DNA from: Candidatus Latescibacterota bacterium
Lineage (GTDB): Bacteria; Latescibacterota; UBA2968; UBA8231
Assembly (NCBI GenBank): GCA_965242865.1
Contig: CBDETK010000013.1
Span: forward strand, 800,001-864,000
Length of the DNA stretch: 64,000 bases
Reading direction: 5' to 3'
The position numbers were made by a program, and so were the translations under genes. The notes below the pieces were generated by a model. That model did no database searches, was not told the origin of the DNA, and saw nothing but the letters and a program-made list of their open reading frames with translations. Every line of letters begins with the position of its first letter. Positions within the stretch are counted from its first letter, which is position 1. Below are positions 31,385 to 40,162 of the stretch, in pieces.

Positions 31385-33655
31385 ATGAGTGAAACCGCGA
31401 AAAACGTGGTGGTGCTCGGCGCTGGGGTCATGGGCGGGCAAATCGCGGCTCTACTCGCTGGCGCGGGCCACGAGGTGCGTCTGCTCGACTTGCCGCTGGC
31501 CGGCGATGGCGCGGGCCGCGCCCGGCAGGGGCTGGCTAGGACCTGCGCCCTGCGCCCGCCCGCGTTCTATCTAGCGGAGCAGGCCCAGCGCATCGAATTG
31601 GGGAGCATGGAGGATCTAGTGTGCGTTGGGGAGGCCGATTGGGTTATTGAAGCGGTCGTAGAAGAGATCGCGCCCAAGCGGGCGTTGCTGGCCCGGCTGG
31701 AGCCGCACCTGCACGACGGATTGGTCATCAGCAGCAATACCTCGGGGCTAGCTATCGCCGAGCTGTCGCGCGGCCGGTCGCCGGAGTTTTGCCGCCGCTT
31801 TCTCGGAGTGCATTTCTTCAATCCGCCGCGCTACATGAAGTTGGTCGAAGTCATCCCGGGGCCTAGCACGGAGTCGGCCATCGTCGAGCAGATGGTGGAT
31901 TTCCTCGCGGAGGAGCTGGGCAAGGGCGTAGTCTGCGGCCGAGACACCCCTAATTTCATCGGCAATCGCCTGTGGATTTTCGCTGTCTGCGACATGCTGC
32001 AGCGGATGGAGCGAGACGGGCTGGGCGTGGCCGAAGTCGATGCGCTGACCGGCCCGCTGATGGGACGGCCCTCCAGCGCGACCTTGCGCGTTTGCGACCT
32101 CGTGGGCTTGGACACGGTCGCGCACGTGGCCGAGACCAGCTACCGAGGACTGGCGACCGATCCGTGGCGGGCGCTTTTTGCGTTGCCGGCCTTTTACCGA
32201 CGCATGTTAGCGGAGAACGCGCTCGGGGCCAAGGTCAATGCCGGGTTTTACCGCAAGGGCGCGGCCGGCATTGAGGCCCTCGACTTGGCTACCTTCGCCT
32301 ACCAACCTGTGCAACAGGTGGAGATTTTGGCCGCGGCGTTGGGTATGCGTTCTCCAGCGCACCGCCTGCGCGCCTTGTGGAACGATGCGGGCCCGTGGGG
32401 CGCGCTCGGGCGGGCGCATCTCGCGGCCGTGCTGGCGTACGCCGCGGAGCACGCCAGCGATATAGCCAGCGACATTGGCTCGATCGATCAGGCGATGCGC
32501 TGGGGCTTTAACTGGGCGCTAGGGCCTTTTGAGTTGTGGGATCTCTTCGGCGTCGAAGCGGTGGTCCATTATCTAGCGGCCAACCAACAGCGCGTCCCGG
32601 ACCTCGCCACCCAATTGCTCGCGGCCGGTGAAACGCGCTTTTACCAAGAGCAGGGCGCGTTTTCACCGACCCGGTTGCAGCGCGAACGCTGGCAACCGCC
32701 GGCCGACGATTGGGCGCGGCTGGCGGCCGAGCGTGCGGTCTGGTCCAACGCCGGGGCCTACTTGGTCGAGCTGGACGAAGGGTTCGGGGCGTTGGTGTTC
32801 AGCGGCAAGATGAACGCCTTGGGGCCAGCCGCGCTAGAAGCCGTCCACCACGCGGTGGCTACGGCCCCGTTTACCGGCTTGGTGCTCGCCGGCGCGGGCT
32901 CCTCGTTTTCGGTCGGCGCCGACTTGCAGCACGTGGCCCAGCTCGCGGACCAGCGCGACTGGCCCGGGTTGGAAGCGTTTGTCGCGGCCTTCCAAGCGGC
33001 CGTGCAAGCGTTGCGCTACGCGCCTTTTCCGGTCGTCGCGGCGCTGCGCGGTTGGGCGTTGGGCGGCGGGTGCGAGTTCGCCTTGGCCGCCGATGGGCGC
33101 GTGGCAACGGCCGAACTGGGCATGGGCTTGGTGGAGACCAAGGTCGGCCTGATCCCGGGCAGCGGCGGCTGCATGGAGCTGGCGCGGAGGAGGGCGACCG
33201 ATATAGCCGCCGCGTTTGAGACGATTTTTAGCGGGGCCTTCAGCGACAACGCTTTTCAGGCCCGAGCGTGGGGTCTCCTCCGGGCCGAGGACGAGATTGC
33301 CTTGGCCGAGGGCCAGCTCTTAAAACGGGCCGCAGCCCAATTGCGTACCTTGCTCGCGGCCGGCTACTGCGCGGGCGCACCAAGCGAGATAGCGGTTGCT
33401 GGAGACGAGGGGCTGGCGCTTTTGCACGACCGCATCGACGAAGGCCGGGCGGCCGGACAACTCAGCGAGCACGACGCGGTCGTCGGGCGCGGTCTAGCGC
33501 GGGTGCTTACCGGAGACGGCGGGCCGCGCCGAGCAGTAGAAGAGCGCCACTTGCTCGATTTGGAACGCGAAGTCTTTCTGCATCTATGTGGCACCGAGGG
33601 GACGCAACAGCGCATAGCGCACATGCTGCACACCGGTAAACCATTGAAAAATTGA
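31385..33655 (+). CDS. 3-hydroxyacyl-CoA dehydrogenase/enoyl-CoA hydratase fusion (FadN-like)
   Basis: GAGVMG, EAVVE, SNTSG, HFFNPPRYM, GFNWALGPFE, GGGCE, HMLHTGKPLKN. Confidence 0.92.
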   Translation: MSETAKNVVVLGAGVMGGQIAALLAGAGHEVRLLDLPLAGDGAGRARQGLARTCALRPPAFYLAEQAQRIELGSMEDLVCVGEADWVIEAVVEEIAPKRALLARLEPHLHDGLVISSNTSGLAIAELSRGRSPEFCRRFLGVHFFNPPRYMKLVEVIPGPSTESAIVEQMVDFLAEELGKGVVCGRDTPNFIGNRLWIFAVCDMLQRMERDGLGVAEVDALTGPLMGRPSSATLRVCDLVGLDTVAHVAETSYRGLATDPWRALFALPAFYRRMLAENALGAKVNAGFYRKGAAGIEALDLATFAYQPVQQVEILAAALGMRSPAHRLRALWNDAGPWGALGRAHLAAVLAYAAEHASDIASDIGSIDQAMRWGFNWALGPFELWDLFGVEAVVHYLAANQQRVPDLATQLLAAGETRFYQEQGAFSPTRLQRERWQPPADDWARLAAERAVWSNAGAYLVELDEGFGALVFSGKMNALGPAALEAVHHAVATAPFTGLVLAGAGSSFSVGADLQHVAQLADQRDWPGLEAFVAAFQAAVQALRYAPFPVVAALRGWALGGGCEFALAADGRVATAELGMGLVETKVGLIPGSGGCMELARRRATDIAAAFETIFSGAFSDNAFQARAWGLLRAEDEIALAEGQLLKRAAAQLRTLLAAGYCAGAPSEIAVAGDEGLALLHDRIDEGRAAGQLSEHDAVVGRGLARVLTGDGGPRRAVEERHLLDLEREVFLHLCGTEGTQQRIAHMLHTGKPLKN

Positions 33656-33669
33656 AAGGGAAGGGGACT

Positions 33670-35118
33670 ATGGGCTTGCGGAGTGCCGACGAATTCAAAG
33701 AGGGCTTGCGCGACGGGCGCGCGGTGTACCATCGAGGCGAGCGGGTCGCGGACGTAACCGCGCACCACGACTTGGGGATTGGGGTGGAGCACGTGGCCTT
33801 GGACTTTGAGCTGGCCGAGGACCCAGCGCACCGCGACCTGATGACTTGGATGGATGAAGAGTTGGGCGAACCTGTCAGCCGCTACTTTAAGACGCCGGTC
33901 CATGCCGGCGATTTGCTCAACCGCCGCGAGATGATCGAGCGTTCAACGCGGCTGGGCCACAGCGTGGTGTTGCTGATCAAGGAGATTGGCACGGACGCGC
34001 TCTTCGCCCTCGACCTGATCGCCGACCATCTCGACAACCATGCCGGTGGACCCTACCGGGCGCGGGTGCAAGCCTTTCACCGCGAGTGCAAGCAGCGCGA
34101 CCTGAGCTTGGCCGTGGCCCAAACCGACGCCAAGGGCGACCGCAGTCTCTTGCCCTCGCAGCAAGCACACCCCGATTACTACGTCCACATCGTCGAGGAG
34201 CGGGCCGATGGGATCGTGGTGCGCGGGGCCAAAGCTCACACGACATGCGCCCCGTATGTCGATGAACTCATCGTCTTGCCGACTCGTGCGCTCAAGGAGG
34301 TGGACGCGGAGTATGCCGTGGCCTTTGCCACGCCGGTCAATGCCCCGGGGATCAAGCTGATCGCCAGTCCCTTTGGCTCGCCGCCGGTGAGCAAGTTCCA
34401 CCACCCGGTCAGCTCCGAGCACCGCATGATCGACACTCTGACGATCTTCGACGATGTCTTTATTCCCAACGAGCGCGTCTTCCTCAAAGGGGAGTGGCAA
34501 TACGCCGGGCCGCTGGCCAACGCATTCGTCGAATTTCACCGCTTTACGGCCGCCTCCTACAAGCCGCCGCTCTGCGACCTCTTTATTGGGGCCGCGGCCC
34601 TGCTCGCCCAGTACAACGGCATTGCCAAGGCCGGCCACGTGCGCGAGAAACTGACCAAGCTCATCACCTACACTGAGACCGTCCGCGGGCTGACCTTGGC
34701 CGCGGCCCACGATTGCCGCATCGCTGCCAATGGCACGGCCGTGCCCAACATCGTCTTCACCAACCTAGCTAAGTTCCACTTTGCCAATAACTATCACCAA
34801 GCCGCGTCTTGGGTTCAGGACATCGCCGGCGGACTGGTGGTCACCGGGCCGTCGGAAGAGGACTTGGCCAACCCCGAGACAAAGGGCTATATCGAACGCT
34901 TCTTGGGCGGTGGGAACGGCGTGGACGCCGAGGCGCGGCTGCGGGCGATCAACTTGGTGCGCGACCTGACGGCTTCAACGTTTGGCGGGTACAACGAGTT
35001 GCTGGCCATTCACGCCGAAGGCTCGTTGGAAACCCAGAAAATTACCATTCTGCGCGATTACGACGTCGAGCGTTGTCTCCGGCTGGCCAAAGAAGCCATT
35101 GGCATGGATGTGGATTGA
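33670..35118 (+). CDS. 4-hydroxybutyryl-CoA dehydratase / HpaB-family flavoprotein lacking Fe-S cysteines
   Basis: AQTDAKGDRS, GIVVRGAKAHTT, FDDVFIPNERVF, DIAGG, HAEGS. Confidence 0.85.
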   Translation: MGLRSADEFKEGLRDGRAVYHRGERVADVTAHHDLGIGVEHVALDFELAEDPAHRDLMTWMDEELGEPVSRYFKTPVHAGDLLNRREMIERSTRLGHSVVLLIKEIGTDALFALDLIADHLDNHAGGPYRARVQAFHRECKQRDLSLAVAQTDAKGDRSLLPSQQAHPDYYVHIVEERADGIVVRGAKAHTTCAPYVDELIVLPTRALKEVDAEYAVAFATPVNAPGIKLIASPFGSPPVSKFHHPVSSEHRMIDTLTIFDDVFIPNERVFLKGEWQYAGPLANAFVEFHRFTAASYKPPLCDLFIGAAALLAQYNGIAKAGHVREKLTKLITYTETVRGLTLAAAHDCRIAANGTAVPNIVFTNLAKFHFANNYHQAASWVQDIAGGLVVTGPSEEDLANPETKGYIERFLGGGNGVDAEARLRAINLVRDLTASTFGGYNELLAIHAEGSLETQKITILRDYDVERCLRLAKEAIGMDVD

Positions 35119-35352
35119 GCCAAACAAAACAAACGCTTAAACGGTTAAAACATGTTGCAACAGTTGCTTATCTCATATTCAGACTCTATATTAGTCTAAA
35201 TCCTCTTCTGTTTGGTTTATTCAAACTACTTTGTTTTCGGTTGTATTCCCCCCCTCCGCATCCGAAACTCCCTACCACATTTAGGTACCATCATAGCTTA
35301 ATGCAGCCACGAGTCCCCATGCTGGCTCATTAGCAATAGGAGGCGTCAAGTT

Positions 35353-36204
35353 ATGACTATGACTACCTTTCAGACCGATTCTATTGTGGATCAGTATTTC
35401 CACGAGATTGAGGGTTCTGTCGGGTTATCGTCTGCGGACGAAGTGGCTATTGCCCAGCAAATAAAAGAGGGAGACGAAGAGGCACTATCCGATCTGGTGA
35501 AAGCCAACTTGCGATTTGTCGTAAGCGTGGCCAAGCAATACCAGAATCTGGGCTTGCCCCTTTCGGACCTGATTAACGAGGGGAACTTGGGGCTTATTAT
35601 CGCCGCCAAACGCTTTGACGGCACCAAGGGCTTCAAATTCATTTCCTATGCCGTGTGGTGGATCCGCCAGTCGATCCTGCAAGCATTGGCCAATCAGTCG
35701 CGCATCGTGCGGTTGCCGCTGAATCGCATCGGCGAGCTGACTCGCGTCAATAGGGTGCTCAACAAGCTCGAACAGGGCCTGGGGCGTCCCCCGGAAGTGG
35801 AGGAAATAGCCGAAGAGCTAGAGGTCGAACCCGGCGACATGGAGCTTCTGTTGCGGTTGGCCCAAAGGCCGGTTTCGCTGGAGATGCCCTGCGACGAATC
35901 CGAACCGGATCGCTGTTTCGGCGATCTAATTCCCGACTACAGTCAGCCTTCCAGCGACGAGGCCCTGTCCAGCGACGAGCTCAAGGCGGTGATCCTCAAC
36001 GCCATGCACTTCTTGACCGAGGGCGAGGCTCGCGTGTTGAAAATGTATTACGGGTTGGATGGACACGAGCCGATGACCTTGGAGAAGATCGGGGCTTATG
36101 TCGGGCGCACTCGGGAGCGGGTACGGCAGATCAAGGAAAAGGCCCTGCAGAAGCTGCGCCATCCGGCTCGTTGCGACTCCCTCAAGGAGTACTACGCGGA
36201 TTAA
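35353..36204 (+). CDS. Short RpoD/SigA-family sigma-70 factor without region 1.1
   Basis: ANLRFVVSVAKQY, DLINEGNLGL, FKFISYAVWWIRQSI, TLEKIG...TRERVRQIKEKAL. Confidence 0.95.
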   Translation: MTMTTFQTDSIVDQYFHEIEGSVGLSSADEVAIAQQIKEGDEEALSDLVKANLRFVVSVAKQYQNLGLPLSDLINEGNLGLIIAAKRFDGTKGFKFISYAVWWIRQSILQALANQSRIVRLPLNRIGELTRVNRVLNKLEQGLGRPPEVEEIAEELEVEPGDMELLLRLAQRPVSLEMPCDESEPDRCFGDLIPDYSQPSSDEALSSDELKAVILNAMHFLTEGEARVLKMYYGLDGHEPMTLEKIGAYVGRTRERVRQIKEKALQKLRHPARCDSLKEYYAD

Positions 36205-36266
36205 TCGTCTGCTGCTGCGGGGTGAATTTGATTTTTGCCCGATTTTTCGTTACTATATTTGTTCAT

Positions 36267-36342
36267 TCCGCGGTAGCTCAGTTGGCAGAGCGGGTGGCTG
36301 TTAACCACTTGGTCGTAGGTTCGAATCCTACCCGCGGAGCCA
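36267..36342 (+). tRNA. tRNA-Asn (GTT)
   Basis: TCCGCGG/CCGCGGA acceptor stem, D-arm TAGCTCAGTTGG, anticodon loop CTGTTAA, T-loop GGTTCGAATCC, encoded CCA; 76 nt. Confidence 0.97.
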
Positions 36343-36348
36343 GATTGG

Positions 36349-36397
36349 TAAATCGCCGCCACGCTTGAGTCTCAGGCGCGGCGGCGATTTGCTGTTT
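36349..36397 (+). terminator. Hairpin terminator after the tRNA
   Basis: AAATCGCCGCC...GGCGGCGATTT long stem followed by GCTGTTT. Confidence 0.7.
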
Positions 36398-36463
36398 GGG
36401 GCCGGCAATCATTGTGGCGGCGCGGCGTCCAAACATCTCTCTGCTTCCAACGCAATCACGCAA

Positions 36464-37525
36464 TCATTCAAAGAGGGCCGCGTATTCGCCGTAGCCTTCT
36501 TGGGCCAAATCCTCGACCGGAATAAAGCGCAGGGCCGCCGAGTTGATGCAGTAGCGCAGCCCCGTGGGCGGCGGGCCGTCGGCAAAGACGTGCCCGAGAT
36601 GCGAGTCCGCGTATTTGCTGCGGACCTCGACGCGGGTCATAAACAGCGAGTTGTCGGTGTGCTCGACGATGTGATCCGGCTCTAGGGGCTGGGTAAAGCT
36701 GGGCCAGCCGGTGCCGGATTTGAACTTGTGCTGCGAGCTAAAGAGGGGTTCGCCGGAAACGATATCGACGTAGATGCCAGCGGCCTTGTTGTCCCAGTAC
36801 AGGTTGTGGAAGGGCCGCTCGGTCGCGTCTTCTTGCGTGACCCGAAATTGCAAGTCCGTGAGCTTGGCACTCAAGGAGTCGATGGGAGGTTTGGCGTATT
36901 GGACGCTGGCGCTGGCCGTGGGCGTCGGGCGGTCGCGGCCCCACGTCTCTTCGATAAAGCGGTCGCGGCCCGAGCCTCGGCGATAGCGTTTGTAGTGCTG
37001 GGGATTCTTTCGGTGGTAATCTTGGTGGTACTCCTCGGCCGGGTAAAAGATGGTAGCTGGCCGGATGGACGTGGCGATGGGCTGGTCAAAGCGGCCCGAC
37101 TCGTCGAGGGCCTGTTTGCTGGCTTCGGCTAAGGTGCGTTGCTCGTCGTCGTGGTAAAATATGGCCGAGGTGTATTGGTGGCCGCGGTCGTAAAAGGACC
37201 CCCCTCGGTCGGTGGGATCGAATTGACGCCAGTAGATGTCGAGGAGTTGGCTAAAAGAGACGACCTCGGGGTCAAAGGTGACCAGTACGGATTCTATGTG
37301 CTGGGTCGCGCCGGAGCTGACTTGCTTATAAGTTGGGTTTTCGCGCTCGCCGCCGGTGTAGCCGGAAACGGCTGAGACGACCCCCTCGACCTCGTCAAAG
37401 GGGGCTTCAATGCACCAGAAACACCCTCCGGCAAACGTCGCTTGGGCGTAGGTTTGGGCGCGGCTGGTTTGCGTGCTAAAAATCCCCACAGCCGCGCCGA
37501 GTAGAATGAGCAGTTTGGCGTCCAT
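36464..37525 (-). CDS. msrAB: Exported bifunctional methionine sulfoxide reductase A/B
   Basis: Signal peptide; [14 protein letters not shown]; [20 protein letters not shown]. Confidence 0.95.
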   Translation of the reverse strand: MDAKLLILLGAAVGIFSTQTSRAQTYAQATFAGGCFWCIEAPFDEVEGVVSAVSGYTGGERENPTYKQVSSGATQHIESVLVTFDPEVVSFSQLLDIYWRQFDPTDRGGSFYDRGHQYTSAIFYHDDEQRTLAEASKQALDESGRFDQPIATSIRPATIFYPAEEYHQDYHRKNPQHYKRYRRGSGRDRFIEETWGRDRPTPTASASVQYAKPPIDSLSAKLTDLQFRVTQEDATERPFHNLYWDNKAAGIYVDIVSGEPLFSSQHKFKSGTGWPSFTQPLEPDHIVEHTDNSLFMTRVEVRSKYADSHLGHVFADGPPPTGLRYCINSAALRFIPVEDLAQEGYGEYAALFE

Positions 37526-37644
37526 AGGTCCTCCTTTGGTAATGGGGGCCGAACTTTATTGATAGAACACCGCAGAGACCGCCAAGTTCCGCTCTTGCGG
37601 ATCCTGTGTTTAGGCTTTTATTTAACGACAGCAAATAACCTAAA

Positions 37645-37747
37645 TCAGGGCCGGGCCTCCGTGCCTGCCCGTTAGAATTTCGTTGGGGCAGGCCCCCGTA
37701 CCTGCCCGTTAGAATTCCGTTGGGGCAGGCCCCCGTGCCTGCCCGTT
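37645..37747 (+). repeat. Three tandem ~37-bp REP-like hairpin units
   Basis: GTTGGGGCAGGCCCCCGT(A/G)CCTGCCCGTTA at 37682 and 37719, plus a degenerate copy ending near 37680. Confidence 0.85.
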
Positions 37748-37880
37748 ACAGCGGCAAATTTGGCACGATCGGTTGGCAAATGAACGAGACGATGGTTAAG
37801 CATTTCACATCAGGCAGGGGCTTTGCTGTGGGGCAAAACCCTGTTGGGTGCTTGGAATCATCGTCGGATTTAATGTGTCG

Positions 37881-37922
37881 TAAGTCCTTGAAAAACAACA
37901 ACTTACCCCCCCCCCCCCCCCC
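37881..37922. other. Inverted pair of IHF-like boxes followed by a C17 homopolymer
   Basis: TAAGTCCTTGAAAAACAACAACTTA (WATCAANNNNTTR-like on both strands, one mismatch each), then 17 C. Confidence 0.55.
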
Positions 37923-38190
37923 GAAAATTCTCCGCTAGCACCAAGCACTAAACCCTCTACAACTTCTCAGCATCGGCCGACGGATTGTGCGCGGCTGTTG
38001 GGCGTCGCGGCGATCTGGCCGCACGATCCCAAGCGCATGCTGCCGTGCGGCCTTTCTGCGGATCCACGTTTACGGCACCACCCCCGCAACCCGTCTGCCA
38101 AAAACCGAGGGCGGAATCTCCCCGCCCCGGACGCCGCCAGAACACCAGCAAAGGCCCACTCAAAGCAAGAGGCGCGTTCTGAGCGCTCCA

Positions 38191-38210
38191 AGTTAGCCCT
38201 AGGGCTAACT
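38191..38210. promoter_or_regulatory. Perfect 20-bp palindrome upstream of the LRR-YWTD gene
   Basis: AGTTAGCCCT|AGGGCTAACT. Confidence 0.6.
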
Positions 38211-38277
38211 CCGCCTCTTTGGGTGCGTCATGCCTCTCTTCCAGTTTCCACACCATATCCATACAAAGGAGCAAAAA

Positions 38278-39969
38278 ATGCTTTCGTTGAAATCTCTCAA
38301 AACCCTGCTTGGCTTCGTCCTTTTGGGCGTCGTCGCTGCTTGGATGGGCTGCTCGGACTCCGCGCCGGTGGCCTCTCGGCCAGCGGGCAAAGCCACCTGT
38401 TCCTTGTGCGAATTCTTGGGCGACGACGCCTACACTGCTACCGACGGACTGGCCGCCCCCGAAAGCCCCGATAGCACCCAAACCGACGCCGACGCTGACA
38501 GTACACAGGCCGAGACCGACGCTGACGCCGATAGCACCCAAGCGGCCACCGTGGAGTTCGCCGACGCCAATCTGGAGCAGGCGGTGCGGGAGGCGTTGGA
38601 CCGCCCGTCAGGGCCGCTGACCCCGGCGGACTTGGCCGCCCTGACCGAACTCGACGCGAGCTATAAAAACATTGAGAGCGTGGCCGGCCTCGAACACGCG
38701 ACAGCACTGACAACGCTGTATCTACGGGGCAACGCGATTACCGACGTGAGCCCGTTGGCCAGTCTGACCAATCTGCACACGCTGTCGCTGTGGGGGAACA
38801 AGGTTGCGGACGTGAGTCCGCTGGCCAGCCTGATCAGCTTGCGCAAACTGGATATGTGGGGCAACGCGATTACCGACGTGCAGCCGTTAGCCGGCCTAAC
38901 GAACCTACAATTTCTCCAGCTAGGAGACAATGAGATTGAGGATGTCAGTCCGTTGGCGAGCCTGACGAACCTGCAATGGCTGGGCGTGATGGAAAACGCC
39001 CTCAGCCAGCACGCGGCCAACCAACAACTCGCCGCCGCAATCGCAAGCGGCCTCCGCGTCCAATCGTATATAGAAAAATACCGCCGCGTCGAAACGGTCC
39101 AAGTATCTAGAACGGAACCGGAGGAACAGACGGAACCCGCCCTATACTGGACGGACGGGGAGACGGATAAAATTCAGCGTGCTAACTTGGATGGCAAACA
39201 GGTCAAAGACCTCATCGACGACGCGATGGTATTGAATACGCCAGCGGGCATCGCGCTGGATTTGGTGAGCGGAAGGATATACTGGGCGGACCTTAACGCG
39301 GATAAAATTCAGCGTGCCAGCTTGGATGGCAAACAGGTCGAAGACCTCACCCCCCGCATCAACAGCTTCCTCCCCGACGGCGAGGAATTGCTTAATCCAT
39401 GGGACATCGAACTGGATTTGGCGCGCGGAAAGATGTACTGGACGGACTGGGGGCATAATAAGATTCAGCGTGCCAACTTGGATGGCTCACAGGTCGAAGA
39501 CCTCGTCACCAGCTTGGATGATCCATACCACATCGAACTGGATTTGGCGGGCGGAAAGATGTACTGGACAGACGGGGGCACGGATAAAATTCAGCGTGCC
39601 AATCTGTATGGCCCTCTCGAGACCGAAGATCTCGTCACCAGCACCGACGACGGATTGGATGATCCATCGGGCATTGCGCTGGATTTGGCGGGCGGAAAGA
39701 TGTACTGGACGGACTTTGGCACGGATAAAATTCAGCGTGCCGATCTGGACAGAGAGCCCGGAGATCCCGTCGAAGATCTCGTCACCAGCGGATTGCAGTT
39801 GCCAACGGACATCGCGCTGGATTTGGTGAACAGAAAGATGTACTGGACGGACTATGGCACGGATAAAATTCAGCGTGCCGATCTGGACAGAGAGCCCGGA
39901 GATCCCGTCGAAGATCTCGTCACCGACGGATTGATGCAGCCAATAGGCATCGCGCTGGGTACTCGGTAG
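38278..39969 (+). CDS. Surface lipoprotein with internalin-like leucine-rich repeats and an LDL-receptor class B (YWTD) propeller
   Basis: Lipobox-like AWMG-C; acidic DSTQ repeats; FADANLEQAVR cap; 22-aa LRRs (LTNLxxLxLxGNxIxDVSPL); six YWTD/YWAD repeats; AAGGAG RBS. Confidence 0.9.
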   Translation: MLSLKSLKTLLGFVLLGVVAAWMGCSDSAPVASRPAGKATCSLCEFLGDDAYTATDGLAAPESPDSTQTDADADSTQAETDADADSTQAATVEFADANLEQAVREALDRPSGPLTPADLAALTELDASYKNIESVAGLEHATALTTLYLRGNAITDVSPLASLTNLHTLSLWGNKVADVSPLASLISLRKLDMWGNAITDVQPLAGLTNLQFLQLGDNEIEDVSPLASLTNLQWLGVMENALSQHAANQQLAAAIASGLRVQSYIEKYRRVETVQVSRTEPEEQTEPALYWTDGETDKIQRANLDGKQVKDLIDDAMVLNTPAGIALDLVSGRIYWADLNADKIQRASLDGKQVEDLTPRINSFLPDGEELLNPWDIELDLARGKMYWTDWGHNKIQRANLDGSQVEDLVTSLDDPYHIELDLAGGKMYWTDGGTDKIQRANLYGPLETEDLVTSTDDGLDDPSGIALDLAGGKMYWTDFGTDKIQRADLDREPGDPVEDLVTSGLQLPTDIALDLVNRKMYWTDYGTDKIQRADLDREPGDPVEDLVTDGLMQPIGIALGTR

Positions 39970-40088
39970 TCATGGAGGTTCACCTGCCCGGCTGGCATGG
40001 CGTTGAGGCGACGCGGCAGAACGGCTAAGGAGCCGAGCGGGAAGGTGATGGCACAACCAGCCCGATAGTGCTGTATGGCTGGGGTCGA

Positions 40089-40113
40089 GGGGCGAATGAT
40101 TATTCGCCCGTAC
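40089..40113 (-). repeat. REP-like palindrome
   Basis: Minus strand GTACGGGCGAATAATCATTCGCCCC. Confidence 0.65.
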
Positions 40114-40162
40114 TCGCGTATGGCTAAGATGCCAACGCGGGGATTCCGGCTATATTATCGGT

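Noticed and set aside
37645-37747. 37-bp periodic palindromic repeats as a CRISPR array
   Set aside because: The units are directly adjacent with no unique spacers and no cas genes; REP-like hairpins fit better.
37720-37938. Short ORF through the poly-C tract as a phase-variable N-terminus of the LRR protein
   Set aside because: No tract length gives an open frame into 38278; stops intervene or the frame is wrong.
36267-40113. tRNA-Asn-anchored genomic island
   Set aside because: No integrase and no duplicated tRNA 3' end were seen; the next gene is the housekeeping msrAB.
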